A stretch of DNA of 64,000 nucleotides, taken from the sequence record SRR31156797_1402; one strand, 5' to 3'. The notes beneath the pieces were generated by a model. The model made no database searches. It saw only the letters and a program-made list of their open reading frames with translations, and was not told where the DNA came from. Shown one piece after another: positions 1 to 10,513 of this stretch (the stretch's first letter is position 1; each line of letters starts with the position of its first letter). Made by a program: the position numbers and the translations under genes.

Positions 1-71
1 GAACGCAAACAAACGACCACTTCTGGCGTTTCCGCTGGTCACTCTCTTCATAATCAGCCGACTTGGTTTCC

Positions 72-159
72 GTCATTCTGAGGAGCACATAAGTGCGACG
101 TGAGAATCTAAGACTAAAGCCCGAGACTCTCACGGTTTCTATCGAAACCTCAGAGTGAC
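72..159. repeat. Intergenic palindromic repeat (GTCA...TGAC REP/RPE-like element), copy 1
   Basis: GTCATTCTGAGG...GTGAGAATCT...AGACTCTCAC...CCTCAGAGTGAC nested inverted repeats; related copies at 20551, 23101 and 31260. Confidence 0.7.
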
Positions 160-239
160 ATATATACGTAATAGGCAGATAAACGTGGCAGCACAGCACA
201 CTCACTCAAACAACAACCTCGCCCACCGCTGCTAGCGGT

Positions 240-845
240 TTAGAAGAATTTGAGAGACTTGAGCATACTCTCTTTCTTAAGCGGCTTAGACATCTTAGTG
301 ATCAAATCAGAAAGCATAACCTCAGCAAGCTCAGCGTCAGAGTTTTTCTTGCTTCTGGAGCGCTTAGACATTTCAGACGACCATATAACTTCGCCAGACT
401 CAATCTTAATAAGCTTAGCTGTAAGCTGAACTTCAGAATTAAGGATAAAACCATTACGCTCATTCTGCTTATATGCCACAAGATTACCAGTAAGAATACT
501 GTCAGCGCCCATAGCTGAGAGCCTTTGAAGTGTTGCGTCGTTGAGTATACCGGAGAGTGACGATTTCTGCTGAAAACCAACTTCGTACATAACTTTTTTG
601 ATGTCGTTTCTATCCATAAGAGTGAATATTTTGCTATCAACAAGCTCAGCAGTGAATTTATCAGCGATAATATCTGAGCGATAGTCGATACCTACATTCT
701 TGTCGAAATCAACAATAGCGACACGGTTAACAGTAGCAGGGTCAAAAGCTTTAGACATTTTAGTCTTGTTCACGCCCATCTTTGTGACAGCGCCACAACC
801 AGCGATCATAAAAACAACAGTAAGTAAAATAAGAAGTTTTTTCAT
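240..845 (-). CDS. CsgG/HfaB-like (LpoB-like) lipoprotein
   Basis: Lipobox MIAGC; RVAIVDF...LMDRNDI...GADSILTG...AKLIKIESGEVIWS pattern. Confidence 0.7.
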   Translation of the reverse strand: MKKLLILLTVVFMIAGCGAVTKMGVNKTKMSKAFDPATVNRVAIVDFDKNVGIDYRSDIIADKFTAELVDSKIFTLMDRNDIKKVMYEVGFQQKSSLSGILNDATLQRLSAMGADSILTGNLVAYKQNERNGFILNSEVQLTAKLIKIESGEVIWSSEMSKRSRSKKNSDAELAEVMLSDLITKMSKPLKKESMLKSLKFF

Positions 846-910
846 GGTTCCCTCCAGCAGGTCTTTATATTTTATTGGAGGTTTTTCGTTCGGTCAACTC
901 TTTTGAAGGA

Positions 911-1249
911 TTACTTTATTTCGTCGATGGTTTTGGTAAGTTTGATCAATTTATTTTTGAGGAGTTCTTTACGTTTGGAAACCTTATCCGTGTCTTTAGA
1001 ATCTTCGTCCAGAAGCTTCAGCCTGTCGCAGATCTCTTTGATCTTTTCTGCCGCCATCTTATACTGACGCTCTTTCCTGTCTACAGTGGTGAGATCAACA
1101 TGGTTAATATTCTGATCGTTTGCGGTACGGACAATATCTCTGTCTAGTGAGAAGAAAAATTCGCTCATCTTATAAAATGTGCTTAATCTGTTCATAAGAG
1201 AAATTTTATCTTCTACAAGTAGACCTTGCTTGTTTATCTGTGAACCCAC
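911..1249 (-). CDS. Hypothetical coiled-coil protein
   Basis: 112-aa ORF, K/E-rich helical C-terminus; start uncertain. Confidence 0.5.
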   Translation of the reverse strand: MGSQINKQGLLVEDKISLMNRLSTFYKMSEFFFSLDRDIVRTANDQNINHVDLTTVDRKERQYKMAAEKIKEICDRLKLLDEDSKDTDKVSKRKELLKNKLIKLTKTIDEIK

Positions 1250-1434
1250 AAACCACTCTCCACGGACGCAAGTTAAGCGTCAAAATATTACACTGAACAA
1301 GGTTTTCCCTATAATTTCAGTACACTATCTACGATTCATAATATAAAGAGTAGTTTGCTACTATCCCCCGAGTGCTGATGAGAATATCAGCATATACTAT
1401 CAATCGTCATTTTTGCGTCGAAAGTAAGATAAAA

Positions 1435-2226
1435 TTACAAATTTTTGAAATTTCTTATCGCACCCGTAGGACAAACCTGCTCGCATTCCCCACAGGAGGT
1501 GCATGGAGCCGGATCTATCGTTGCAAGGAAACTGTCCACATCAATTGCACCGACAGGGCACTTCTTCTCACACATCTTACAGCCAATACAGCCGACCTTA
1601 CAAGCCTTTTTAACGTCCGGACCTTTATCTTTAGACCTGCATGTCACGACAAAAGGCTTATCTTCAGGGATAAGCTTTATAAGATTCCTAGGACATGCAG
1701 TCACACACATGCCGCATGATGTGCACTTCTTAGGATTTATGACAGGTATACCGTCGTCACCCATACGCATAGCGTCAAAGCCGCAAGATTTCACACAGCT
1801 CCCCTCTCCTACGCAGGCAAAGGTACAAACCTTATTACCGCCAGCGAGCAGAGTCACACTGTTACAATCTCTCGGACCGTAATAGTCGTACTTAACGATT
1901 CCGTTCTCAGTACCGCCGTTACAGCATACCCTCGCAACCTTTTTAACACCTGTGGAGACTTCCATCCCCATAAATGTCGCTATCTCCCTTGCGAGGTCTT
2001 TACCGCCTACAGGGCAGGCGTCAGGACCAGCCTTACCTGCTACGATAGCTTCCGCCAGAGCCATACAGCCAGGCAGACCGCAACCGCCGCAGTTAGCCGC
2101 AGGGAGCATTTCGTTAATCTTCTCTATACGTTCGTCTTTATCGACTTTAAATTTCTTAGAGGCATACATGAGACCTAAGCCAGCGGCAAATCCCACAAGC
2201 GCCATAGTAACTATTGAAGCAATCAT
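1435..2226 (-). CDS. rnfB: Rnf electron transport complex subunit B
   Basis: N-terminal TM, LPAANCGGCGLPGC FeS motif, multiple CxxCxxCxxxCP ferredoxin motifs; operon position. Confidence 0.95.
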   Translation of the reverse strand: MIASIVTMALVGFAAGLGLMYASKKFKVDKDERIEKINEMLPAANCGGCGLPGCMALAEAIVAGKAGPDACPVGGKDLAREIATFMGMEVSTGVKKVARVCCNGGTENGIVKYDYYGPRDCNSVTLLAGGNKVCTFACVGEGSCVKSCGFDAMRMGDDGIPVINPKKCTSCGMCVTACPRNLIKLIPEDKPFVVTCRSKDKGPDVKKACKVGCIGCKMCEKKCPVGAIDVDSFLATIDPAPCTSCGECEQVCPTGAIRNFKNL

Positions 2227-2234
2227 TAATTCAC

Positions 2235-2807
2235 CTATACCATCCCGCTAAAGCCCATAAAGGCTAGAGCGAGGATTCCGGCTGTGATAAATGCGATCGG
2301 CATACCTCTGAAATAGTAAGGTATGTCAGACAGATCGATACGCTCCCTTATTCCGGCGAAAAGCACAAGCGCCAGACCGAACCCGAGAGCAGAACCCATT
2401 GTGAATACTAGCATTTCCACAAATCCATATCCTGACTGGATGTTTATAATGGCCGCACCAAGTATGGCGCAGTTGGTTGTAATAAGCGGAAGGAAAATTC
2501 CGAGCGACTGATAAAGGTCAGGAGATGTCTTCTCTATGACCATCTCAACAAACTGAACCAGAGAAGCGATAACAAGGATAAACACGATTGTTTGAAGGTA
2601 TTGAAGCCCAAACTTATCGAGCACAGTGTATTGCAGTATCCATGTTATAACACCAGCCACAGCCATTACAAATGTTACTGCAAGTGACATACCTATAGCC
2701 GTGTCAACCTTCCTCGAAACTCCGAAAAACGGGCATATACCGAGGAATCTGGCGAGCACAAGGTTATTAACAAGTACAGCGCCTACGAATATAACAAAGA
2801 GGTTCAT
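2235..2807 (-). CDS. rnfA: Rnf subunit A
   Basis: NNLVLARFLGICPFFG, LGIFLPLITTNCAILG. Confidence 0.95.
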   Translation of the reverse strand: MNLFVIFVGAVLVNNLVLARFLGICPFFGVSRKVDTAIGMSLAVTFVMAVAGVITWILQYTVLDKFGLQYLQTIVFILVIASLVQFVEMVIEKTSPDLYQSLGIFLPLITTNCAILGAAIINIQSGYGFVEMLVFTMGSALGFGLALVLFAGIRERIDLSDIPYYFRGMPIAFITAGILALAFMGFSGMV

Positions 2808-3415
2808 TACTCACCCCCTCTTTTCACACGCTTACGCTCTTCGACAAAGTTATACCCCATCATAAGGAAACCGAGAGCGATAAAAGCGCCCGGAGGGAGG
2901 ATCATAACAATAGAAGGCTTAAAGCCTGCACCAAAGATGTCGAAGTTCATAATCGAGCCGTTACCTAATATCTCACGCACACCGCCGAGCACAAAGAGTG
3001 CAAGGGTGAACCCAAGACCAGTACCTACGGCATCTAATAGTGAGCTGAAAAGTCCGTTCTTAGATGCAAAACCCTCTGCACGCCCAAGAACAACACAGTT
3101 CACAACGATAAGCGGTATAAACAGCCCAAGAACCTTATGCAGATCATGGACATAAGCATTCATAACAAGGTCAACCACCGTCACAAATGAGGCGATGATG
3201 ACTATATATGCCGGTATTCGAACCTTTGCAGGTATCATATTTTTTACTAGCGACACAACGGAGTTAGAGCCTATGAGAACCGCAGTAGTCGCAAGCCCCA
3301 TACCTAAACCGTTTATAGCTGATGTCGTAACAGCGAGCGCCGGACAAAGCCCGAGCACCTGCTTCATTACAGGGTTATTTCCGAAAAGACCATCAGTGAA
3401 GGTTTTAAAGTTCAT
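2807..3415 (-). CDS. rnfE: Rnf subunit E
   Basis: LGLCPALAVTTS, FIPLIVVNCVVLGRAE, LPPGAF. Confidence 0.95.
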   Translation of the reverse strand: MNFKTFTDGLFGNNPVMKQVLGLCPALAVTTSAINGLGMGLATTAVLIGSNSVVSLVKNMIPAKVRIPAYIVIIASFVTVVDLVMNAYVHDLHKVLGLFIPLIVVNCVVLGRAEGFASKNGLFSSLLDAVGTGLGFTLALFVLGGVREILGNGSIMNFDIFGAGFKPSIVMILPPGAFIALGFLMMGYNFVEERKRVKRGGE

Positions 3416-3969
3416 TATTTACCCTCCACAGCGTAGCGACCGAGAAAATCGAGCGCAAGGTTTACCGCCTCGCACACAGCCCTAGGGGACACAGTTGCAC
3501 CGCTGAACTCATCTATATTACCGCCGTCTTTCCTGACTGCGATGTTTGAATTTTTATCAAGTCCCACAAAAGTTTTCTTCCACTCAGGAAACTCGATCTT
3601 ATTACCGAGACCTGGCGTCTCTGCGTGTTTAAGTATCTCTATACCGAGGATTTTACCGGCAGGGTCAACGCCGACGAGAATTGATATCTCACCGGAATAA
3701 CCTTTCTGAGATGCTGATCTGACAGCGTAGCCAAGAAGCTTGCCATCTTTTCTGCCTATGTATATCTTCTTATCCTTCATCTCTTTAAAGTCTCTGTCCG
3801 GCTCGTTGGTAAAGCCAGGGAGCACAACCTTAAGACCTTTCAGGAAGTCTTTTCTATACTCTTCTGCGATCTTATCTTTTGTCCCTGCGTAAACAGAGGC
3901 GAGGATAAGTGCTGATATAGCTGTGATAATTGTAAGAACAATCACCATCATAATCGGAGAGTTTTTCAT
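3415..3969 (-). CDS. rnfG: Rnf subunit G
   Basis: GYSGEI, ETPGLG, FMN-attachment SGATVS motif. Confidence 0.95.
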   Translation of the reverse strand: MKNSPIMMVIVLTIITAISALILASVYAGTKDKIAEEYRKDFLKGLKVVLPGFTNEPDRDFKEMKDKKIYIGRKDGKLLGYAVRSASQKGYSGEISILVGVDPAGKILGIEILKHAETPGLGNKIEFPEWKKTFVGLDKNSNIAVRKDGGNIDEFSGATVSPRAVCEAVNLALDFLGRYAVEGK

Positions 3970-4967
3970 TACGCTTCCTCCCCGAAACTTTTCGGTCTCA
4001 TATAGTTATCTATAAGCGGAACAAATGCGTTCATAATCAGGATGGCGAAGGCAACACCTTCCGGATAGCTTCCGAAAAGACGTATAACCACCGAAATCAC
4101 TCCGCACCCCACTCCGAATATAAGCTGACCTTTCTTTGTCATAGGCGAGGTGACATAATCAGTAGCCATAAAGAACGCACCGAGCATCACACCACCACTA
4201 ACTACATGCAGAAGAGGGTTGATAGTAAGCTCTGGGAAGATTAACCAGTAAAAACCTGTAAGAGCAAATACAGTACCTATAAAAGTTACCGGTATGTGCC
4301 ATGTTATAACCCTCTGCTGGAGCAGCAGAGCGCCGCCGAGAAGAACAAGAAGAGCAGAATCCCCACCGAGACAACCACTCACATTACCTATAAGCTGATC
4401 CATCACAGGTGCGATATTCGCCTGAACAACTTCCCCTTTAGATAAAAGGTCTGCTTTCATAGCACCAAGAGGTGTTGCAGTTGAAATTGCATCAAATGCC
4501 AGCCCCTCTTTCACTGTTAGAGGTTTAATCCATGCTGTCATCTCCGCAGGCCAAGCTATAAGCAGAAATACCCTTCCCACAAGTGCAGGGTTAAACGGGT
4601 TCTGTCCGAGCCCTCCGTAAACGGATTTACTCACGGTAATAGCCACAAACGCCCCTGCTAACATTATCCACCAGGGTGCGCCCGCAGGCATGTTCATCGC
4701 AAGAAGAACACCAGTGAGTGCGGCGGAATTATCTTTAATAAGCGTAGGTCTGCCGGCAGCTTTATCGAAAAGCCACTCCAGAGCTACACAGAAAAATATC
4801 GTTATAAGATAGCCTTTTACAGCGTAGTGCCCGTAAAAGTATATAGATGAAATCATCGAAGGCATAAGCGCAGCGATAACAAGCATCATAACCTTGTTTG
4901 TGGTCATAGGATCCCTGTCGTGAGGGGAAAAGGCGACCAGCAGTTTTTCAGTTGCTTTATCAGTCAT
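3969..4967 (-). CDS. rnfD: Rnf subunit D
   Basis: GGLGQNPFNPALVGR, ATPL, GAFFMATDYVTSP, YPEGVAFAIL; start moved to the ATG of MTDK. Confidence 0.95.
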   Translation of the reverse strand: MTDKATEKLLVAFSPHDRDPMTTNKVMMLVIAALMPSMISSIYFYGHYAVKGYLITIFFCVALEWLFDKAAGRPTLIKDNSAALTGVLLAMNMPAGAPWWIMLAGAFVAITVSKSVYGGLGQNPFNPALVGRVFLLIAWPAEMTAWIKPLTVKEGLAFDAISTATPLGAMKADLLSKGEVVQANIAPVMDQLIGNVSGCLGGDSALLVLLGGALLLQQRVITWHIPVTFIGTVFALTGFYWLIFPELTINPLLHVVSGGVMLGAFFMATDYVTSPMTKKGQLIFGVGCGVISVVIRLFGSYPEGVAFAILIMNAFVPLIDNYMRPKSFGEEA

Positions 4968-6273
4968 TCTTCTTCTCCTCTTCTCTCGCACGAAGGATTC
5001 CGGCTACTATACGCTTAGATGTTTTGAAACCACTGGCGAGTGTTCTTCTGGACGGGCATGAATAACTACAGCACCCACACTCGATACAGTTCATAACGTG
5101 CCAGTCGGCAAGGTCTTCATACTGTTCTTTGATAACAAACCTGTCCATAGCAGAAGGTATAAGCCCCATAGGGCAAGCATCGATGCATCTTCCGCATCTC
5201 ATACATTTATACTGCGTAAGGTCAGGCATGTCTTCTTCACGGTAAACTAAAATACCGCTTGTACCCTTCATTACAGGGGTATCTATACTTGTAACGGCTA
5301 GCCCCATCATAGGACCACCCATAATAATCTTTTTTGGTCTTCCGGTGAATCCGCCGCAGTGCTCGATAAGTTTCGATATAGGAGTACCTATACGAACCAT
5401 TACATTCATAGGTTCCTTAACCGCTCCTGTGACTGTAACCATCCTCTCGTAAAGAGGTTTCTTATGCTCTACAGCATCGTATATAGCGGCGCATGTTCCT
5501 ACGTTATGTACGATAACGCCGACTTCCATAGGGAGCTTCCCCTCAGGTACAACCCTGTCGAGGCAAGCCTTGATGAGCTGTTTCTCACCACCCTGCGGAT
5601 ACTTCACCTCAAGCTCAACAAGCTCAAAGTTATATTCAGCTTCATACTTTCTGAATGCTTCTATTGCGTCAGGCTTGTTCTTTTCGATACCTATGATCAG
5701 CTTCTCAAGCTTCAGTTCGTCACGAATGAGAGCGGCGCCTTTAACAACACACTCAGTTCTTTCAACCATCATACGGTGATCACAAGTTAGGTAAGGTTCG
5801 CATTCTGCACCATTAATGAGAAGTGCATCAACATCTTTCGGAGGTGAAAGCTTAACGTGTGACGGGAATGTCGCCCCGCCTTTGCCAGCTATACCGGCAA
5901 ATAAGACCGAACGCTGGAATGTCGCTCCGTCCTCAAGCTTTACATAGTCGTTAGACGCATCTTCGACTTCGATGCTTACACCAGGAACTCGTCCGCCAAC
6001 AGGGTGCGGCACTGTGCCTACGGCAACTACCTTTCCTGTGACTGAGCTGTGGATAGTGGTACTAATGAAACCGGCTGCTTCACCAATAGGTTCGCCTACT
6101 TTCACCTGTTGGTTCTTTCTGACAAGAGCCTTGGCTGGCGCACCTATATGCTGGGCTAGAGGTATGTGCACAACCTCACCAACCTCAACGGGCAGTGTGA
6201 TTGTCTCTTTTGACTGTGTGGCGGTCTTATTGTATTTGGGATGGATACCGCCTTTGAATCCAAAATATGGCAT
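4960..6273 (-). CDS. rnfC: Rnf subunit C
   Basis: FKGGIHP, QHIGAP, NGAECEPYLTCD, YPQGGEKQL, GGPMMG, two 4Fe-4S motifs; start at MPYFGF. Confidence 0.95.
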   Translation of the reverse strand: MPYFGFKGGIHPKYNKTATQSKETITLPVEVGEVVHIPLAQHIGAPAKALVRKNQQVKVGEPIGEAAGFISTTIHSSVTGKVVAVGTVPHPVGGRVPGVSIEVEDASNDYVKLEDGATFQRSVLFAGIAGKGGATFPSHVKLSPPKDVDALLINGAECEPYLTCDHRMMVERTECVVKGAALIRDELKLEKLIIGIEKNKPDAIEAFRKYEAEYNFELVELEVKYPQGGEKQLIKACLDRVVPEGKLPMEVGVIVHNVGTCAAIYDAVEHKKPLYERMVTVTGAVKEPMNVMVRIGTPISKLIEHCGGFTGRPKKIIMGGPMMGLAVTSIDTPVMKGTSGILVYREEDMPDLTQYKCMRCGRCIDACPMGLIPSAMDRFVIKEQYEDLADWHVMNCIECGCCSYSCPSRRTLASGFKTSKRIVAGILRAREEEKKND

Positions 6274-6274
6274 A

Positions 6275-6730
6275 TTAGAAGGTTCCCTTCTTTTCGTATT
6301 TGATAAGCTGGATTTTCTTCTCATAGAACATCTCATCAGCGAGCGGATCGTTATAATCCATCTCATATATGACCTTTTTAATGCCTGCGTTACAGATCAT
6401 CTTGGCACATATTGAGCACGGTTTAGTGTTACAGTAAAGAACAGAATCTTTAATGCTGACACCTTGATATGCTGCTTGAATGATTGCGTTTTGTTCTGCG
6501 TGAAGCCCACGGCAAATCTCATGACGCTGTCCTGAAGGTATTTTCATCTGCTCACGCAGACACCCTGTAACTTCGCAATGAGTGATGCCGCTAGGAACAC
6601 CATTATATCCTGTCGCCATTATATGACGATCTTTTACGATGAGAGCACCAACCTGCCTTCTAGTACAGGTTGAGCGAGTTTTGACCACGTTGGTCATTTC
6701 AATAAAATAGTCATCCCAATCAGGTCTCAT
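6275..6730 (-). CDS. Deoxycytidylate deaminase (ComEB-like CMP/dCMP deaminase)
   Basis: RPDWDDYF, RSTC, TGYNG, HAEQNA, PCSIC zinc motif. Confidence 0.9.
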   Translation of the reverse strand: MRPDWDDYFIEMTNVVKTRSTCTRRQVGALIVKDRHIMATGYNGVPSGITHCEVTGCLREQMKIPSGQRHEICRGLHAEQNAIIQAAYQGVSIKDSVLYCNTKPCSICAKMICNAGIKKVIYEMDYNDPLADEMFYEKKIQLIKYEKKGTF

Positions 6731-6764
6731 AAGCCTTCTCCTAAAAGAACCTGTGCGGACAAGT

Positions 6765-6839
6765 AAAAATGCTGACGATATGTGAGAGTGCCAGCAAAAA
6801 AAGACACAGGTGCGACTAAATGTGAGAGAGCCGCACCTA
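6765..6839 (-). terminator. Two tandem terminator-like hairpins with the same loop motif after glyA
   Basis: Minus strand AGGTGCGGC-loop-GTCGCACCT then T7, and TGCTGGC-loop-GTCAGCA then T5; both loops contain CTCTCACAT. Confidence 0.6.
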
Positions 6840-6851
6840 TGAATTAATTAT

Positions 6852-8111
6852 CTAATATAGTTTCCCTTTATAAAGTGGGAAGTTTCCGCAAAGTTCTTTT
6901 ATCTTACCTTTCGCTTCTTCGATCTTGGCTGAGTTGTCGATGTTATCAAGTACGTCTGCTATGCAGTTACCGATAATCTCCATTTCTGGCTCTTTCATCC
7001 CTCTGGATGTTACAGCCGGAGCACCAACACGAACACCGCTTGTTACAAACGGGCTTCTCGTTTCGAAAGGTATAGTATTTTTATTCACAGTAATGTTCGC
7101 AAGACCGAGAGCAGCCTCAGCGTCCTTACCTGTGATGTCTTGTTTTGTAAGGTCCACAAGCATAAGGTGGTTATCTGTACCGCCTGATACTATTCTGTAG
7201 TCTCTATCCATAAGAGTAGCAGCGAGTTTTTTTGCGTTAGCAGCTACTTGCTTCTGGTATGTTTTAAACTCATCAGAAAGAGCCTCTTTGAAAGCGACAG
7301 CCTTAGCAGCTATCACGTGCATGAGAGGTCCACCCTGTGAGCCAGGGAATACTCTTGAGTTAACCTTTTTAGCTAGGTCTTCATCATTAGTAAGGATGAT
7401 ACCGCCTCTTGGTCCTCTGAGTGTTTTGTGAGTAGTTGATGTTGTTATGTGTGCATACTCAATCGGGCTTGGGTGTTCTCCAGCAGCAACGAGTCCTGCG
7501 AAGTGAGCCATATCAACCATGAGGAATGCATCAACCATATCAGCTATCTCTCTGAAACGCTTAAAGTCGATGATACGAGGGTAAGCGGAAGCGCCGGCAA
7601 CGATAAGCTTCGGTTTGTGCTCTTTCGCGAGTGCCTCGAGTTCATCATAATCTATTGTCTCTGTATCTTTTGTAACGCCGTATGAAACGACATTGTAAAG
7701 TTTACCAGAGAAGTTAACAGGGCTTCCGTGCGTGAGGTGTCCGCCGTGTGAGAGATTCATACCAAGTATGGTGTCCCCCGGCTCAACCATTGCAAAGTAA
7801 GCAGCCATATTAGCCTGGCTACCGGAATGCGCCTGTACATTCGCGTATTTAACTCCGAAAAGCTCTTTCACTCTTTCGATAGCGAGCTTCTCAGCTATGT
7901 CAACAAATTCACAACCGCCGTAGTATCTCTTATCAGGATAACCTTCAGCGTATTTGTTAGTAAGTACAGAGCCCTGTACCTCCATAACCTCAGGTGAAAC
8001 GAAGTTCTCACTGGCGATAAGCTCAACGTGAGTCTCCTGTCTCTCAACCTCTTTCATCATAGAATCATAAATCTCAGGATCAAATCCTTTGGTCAGTTCG
8101 TAAAGACCCAT
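6852..8111 (-). CDS. glyA: Serine hydroxymethyltransferase
   Basis: [34 protein letters not shown]. Confidence 0.98.
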   Translation of the reverse strand: MGLYELTKGFDPEIYDSMMKEVERQETHVELIASENFVSPEVMEVQGSVLTNKYAEGYPDKRYYGGCEFVDIAEKLAIERVKELFGVKYANVQAHSGSQANMAAYFAMVEPGDTILGMNLSHGGHLTHGSPVNFSGKLYNVVSYGVTKDTETIDYDELEALAKEHKPKLIVAGASAYPRIIDFKRFREIADMVDAFLMVDMAHFAGLVAAGEHPSPIEYAHITTSTTHKTLRGPRGGIILTNDEDLAKKVNSRVFPGSQGGPLMHVIAAKAVAFKEALSDEFKTYQKQVAANAKKLAATLMDRDYRIVSGGTDNHLMLVDLTKQDITGKDAEAALGLANITVNKNTIPFETRSPFVTSGVRVGAPAVTSRGMKEPEMEIIGNCIADVLDNIDNSAKIEEAKGKIKELCGNFPLYKGKLY

Positions 8112-8133
8112 ATCTCTCCCTTCCCTTTAAATG

Positions 8134-8586
8134 CTACTTCCAGCTATCCGCTGCAAGTTCGTCTAATTTGTCAATTCTTCTCTGGTGTCTTCCACCCTCG
8201 AATTCTGTCTCGAGGAAGAGATCCACCATGTCCTTGGCGCGATCCATAGTAGTAATTCTACCACCGATTGCCATAATATTCGCATCATTGTGCAGTCTAC
8301 ACATTTTTGCGGTGTAAGCATCAAAGCAGAGAGCCGCACGGATCCCTTTGAACTTATTGGCAGCGATGGAGATACCTATACCGGAACCGCACATAATAAT
8401 GGCGCAGTCTACGACATTATCATTTACAGCCTTAGCGGCTTTAGCTCCGTATTCAGGGTAGTCAACAGACTCCTCTGAATCAGGACCGAGGTCAACTATC
8501 TCATAATTCTTAGTTTTAAGATAATCGAGAATCTCGCTTTTGAGCTGATATCCACCGTGATCAGATGCAAGTGCTACTTTTTTCAC
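8134..8586 (-). CDS. rpiB: Ribose-5-phosphate isomerase B
   Basis: ASDHGG, DYP, CGSGIG, HNDAN, FEGGRHQRR; GTG start inferred. Confidence 0.95.
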   Translation of the reverse strand: MKKVALASDHGGYQLKSEILDYLKTKNYEIVDLGPDSEESVDYPEYGAKAAKAVNDNVVDCAIIMCGSGIGISIAANKFKGIRAALCFDAYTAKMCRLHNDANIMAIGGRITTMDRAKDMVDLFLETEFEGGRHQRRIDKLDELAADSWK

Positions 8587-8829
8587 AAAAACCCCGTCGC
8601 TTGTTCTAAAATTTAAAACAAGGCTTTTTCTTATATTTACCATGCAGTTGCATTTATAATTAAGCCCTGTTAACCGTGCATAACAATACTATGTATTGAA
8701 TTTTGCAAAATTATAACAGAACTGTTCTATAATTCAACCGCTAAAATAACGATTAAATACGTAATTCGAGTGTCATTTAACATACAGGACAATTTAGTTA
8801 ATTTCAGCTAAATTTTAACGAGAATACAG

Positions 8830-9738
8830 CTACTCACTTCTAGGAATAGCGAGCATCCTCTCTATGCATGTAACAGACTTTTTTGTCACTTCCTTGTCTA
8901 CGGTGATAACATTATCCATATTAAGCAGGCACTCATAAACATCCTTAAGGCTGGTTTTTTTCATATTCTTGCAAACGAAATTATCATAGGCGAAGTAGAA
9001 CTCTTTGTCAGGGTTCTCTTTTCTGAGTCGATAGCCCACACCTACTTCGGTTCCGATGATGAACTGCTTCTTGTCGCTGTTCTTACAGTAACCGTAGAGA
9101 CCGGATGTGGAGCATACGTGATGAGCCATATCCACAACAGCAGGCGGGCACTCAGGGTGCGCAACTAGCTCAGCTTCAGGATATTTGGTCATCATCTCCT
9201 CAACCTGCAAAGGCGTAAGTCTATTATGTATAGGACAGAATCCCGGATAAAGTATGATCTCCTTATCTGTGAATCTGGAGACATAATGTCCGAGGTTTTT
9301 ATCAGGAACAAAAATGATCTGGTCAGTGTCGATACTTTTGATAACATTCACAGCGTTACCGGATGTACAGCAGAGGTCGCTCTCCGCCTTAACATCTGCG
9401 CTGGAGTTAACGTAACAGACAGTTGTTGCACCGGGGTAATCTTTCTTAAATTCACGAAGCTTTTCGCCTGTGATCATGTCCGCCATAGGGCAACCTGCGT
9501 CCATATTAGGAAGGAGGACAGTTTTATCTGGTGCGAGCATGTGAGCTGTTTCCGCCATGAAGTGAACCCCGCAGAAAACAATGACTTTGTTCTCTACTTT
9601 GGTGGCGTCTATTGAAAGTCCTAGAGAATCGCCAACTATATCTGCGATCTCCTGAATGTCGTCTATCTGGTAATTGTGGGCAAGGATAACTGCATCCTTC
9701 TCTTTGGCTAGCTTTTTTATCTCAGCCTTATAATCCAT
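8830..9738 (-). CDS. nadA: Quinolinate synthase
   Basis: ILAHNYQ, CGVHFMAE, AGCPMAD, YVNSSA, AHPEC, CKNMK. Confidence 0.97.
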   Translation of the reverse strand: MDYKAEIKKLAKEKDAVILAHNYQIDDIQEIADIVGDSLGLSIDATKVENKVIVFCGVHFMAETAHMLAPDKTVLLPNMDAGCPMADMITGEKLREFKKDYPGATTVCYVNSSADVKAESDLCCTSGNAVNVIKSIDTDQIIFVPDKNLGHYVSRFTDKEIILYPGFCPIHNRLTPLQVEEMMTKYPEAELVAHPECPPAVVDMAHHVCSTSGLYGYCKNSDKKQFIIGTEVGVGYRLRKENPDKEFYFAYDNFVCKNMKKTSLKDVYECLLNMDNVITVDKEVTKKSVTCIERMLAIPRSE

Positions 9739-9739
9739 A

Positions 9740-10513
9740 TCAATCTCCCGAAGTTATTGACAGTCTTTTATAATCTGTGATCTCCATACTGTCGTCGTAC
9801 TCGAAAAACAGGGCATTAAACAACATTTTGCCCCTCTTTTCAACCTCAAATTTCCTCGGCAGTCCCTTCATAAATCGCTCGATAGGAGCTTCTTTCTCCA
9901 TACCTATCACGGAGTTAAGGGCGCCATTCATGCCAACATCAGTCTGAAATAAAGTCCCTTTTGGCAAAACTCTTTCGTCAGATGTCTGAACATGCGTGTG
10001 AGTACCGACTACTGTATTAGCCCTTCCGTCGGCGTAAAAAGCAAAAGCCGCCTTTTCACTGGTGGCTTCTGCGTGGAAATCTACCATGACAAAGCCTTCG
10101 GCATTTCCATAAACTTCGTCAAACTTCCGAAACGGGCAGTCTGACAAGCTCATAAAAACTCTTCCGATAAGATTTATCACGGTAAACTTTTGTCCGTTTT
10201 TCTCTATAGTAATGTGTCCGTTGCCGGGTACCCCTTCCGGCAGGTTAGCAGGTCTGATCAATTTGTCCATCTTGTGTATGGACGATTCAGTCTCTCTGTT
10301 ATCCCAAATGTGGTTACCAGTGGTCATGATGTCGATATCGAGCCTGCTCATCTCTTCATAAGTCGCATATGTAATGCCAAAGCCGCCAGATGCATTTTCA
10401 ACATTGGCGACTATTATGTCTGGCATATATTGTTGGCGGACCTGAGGCAGAAAGGTTTGTACCGCCTTCCTGCCAGTCCTGCCTATTATGTCTCCGATGT
10501 GGAGTATTCTCAC
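9740..10513 (-). CDS. ymdB: YmdB-family (TIGR00282) metallophosphoesterase
   Basis: [35 protein letters not shown]; follows rny. Confidence 0.93.
   Translation of the reverse strand: MRILHIGDIIGRTGRKAVQTFLPQVRQQYMPDIIVANVENASGGFGITYATYEEMSRLDIDIMTTGNHIWDNRETESSIHKMDKLIRPANLPEGVPGNGHITIEKNGQKFTVINLIGRVFMSLSDCPFRKFDEVYGNAEGFVMVDFHAEATSEKAAFAFYADGRANTVVGTHTHVQTSDERVLPKGTLFQTDVGMNGALNSVIGMEKEAPIERFMKGLPRKFEVEKRGKMLFNALFFEYDDSMEITDYKRLSITSGD

Noticed and set aside
1-51. Possible start of a minus-strand gene (MKRVTSGNARSGRLFAF) running off the window
   Set aside because: Only 17 codons are visible, so it cannot be assigned
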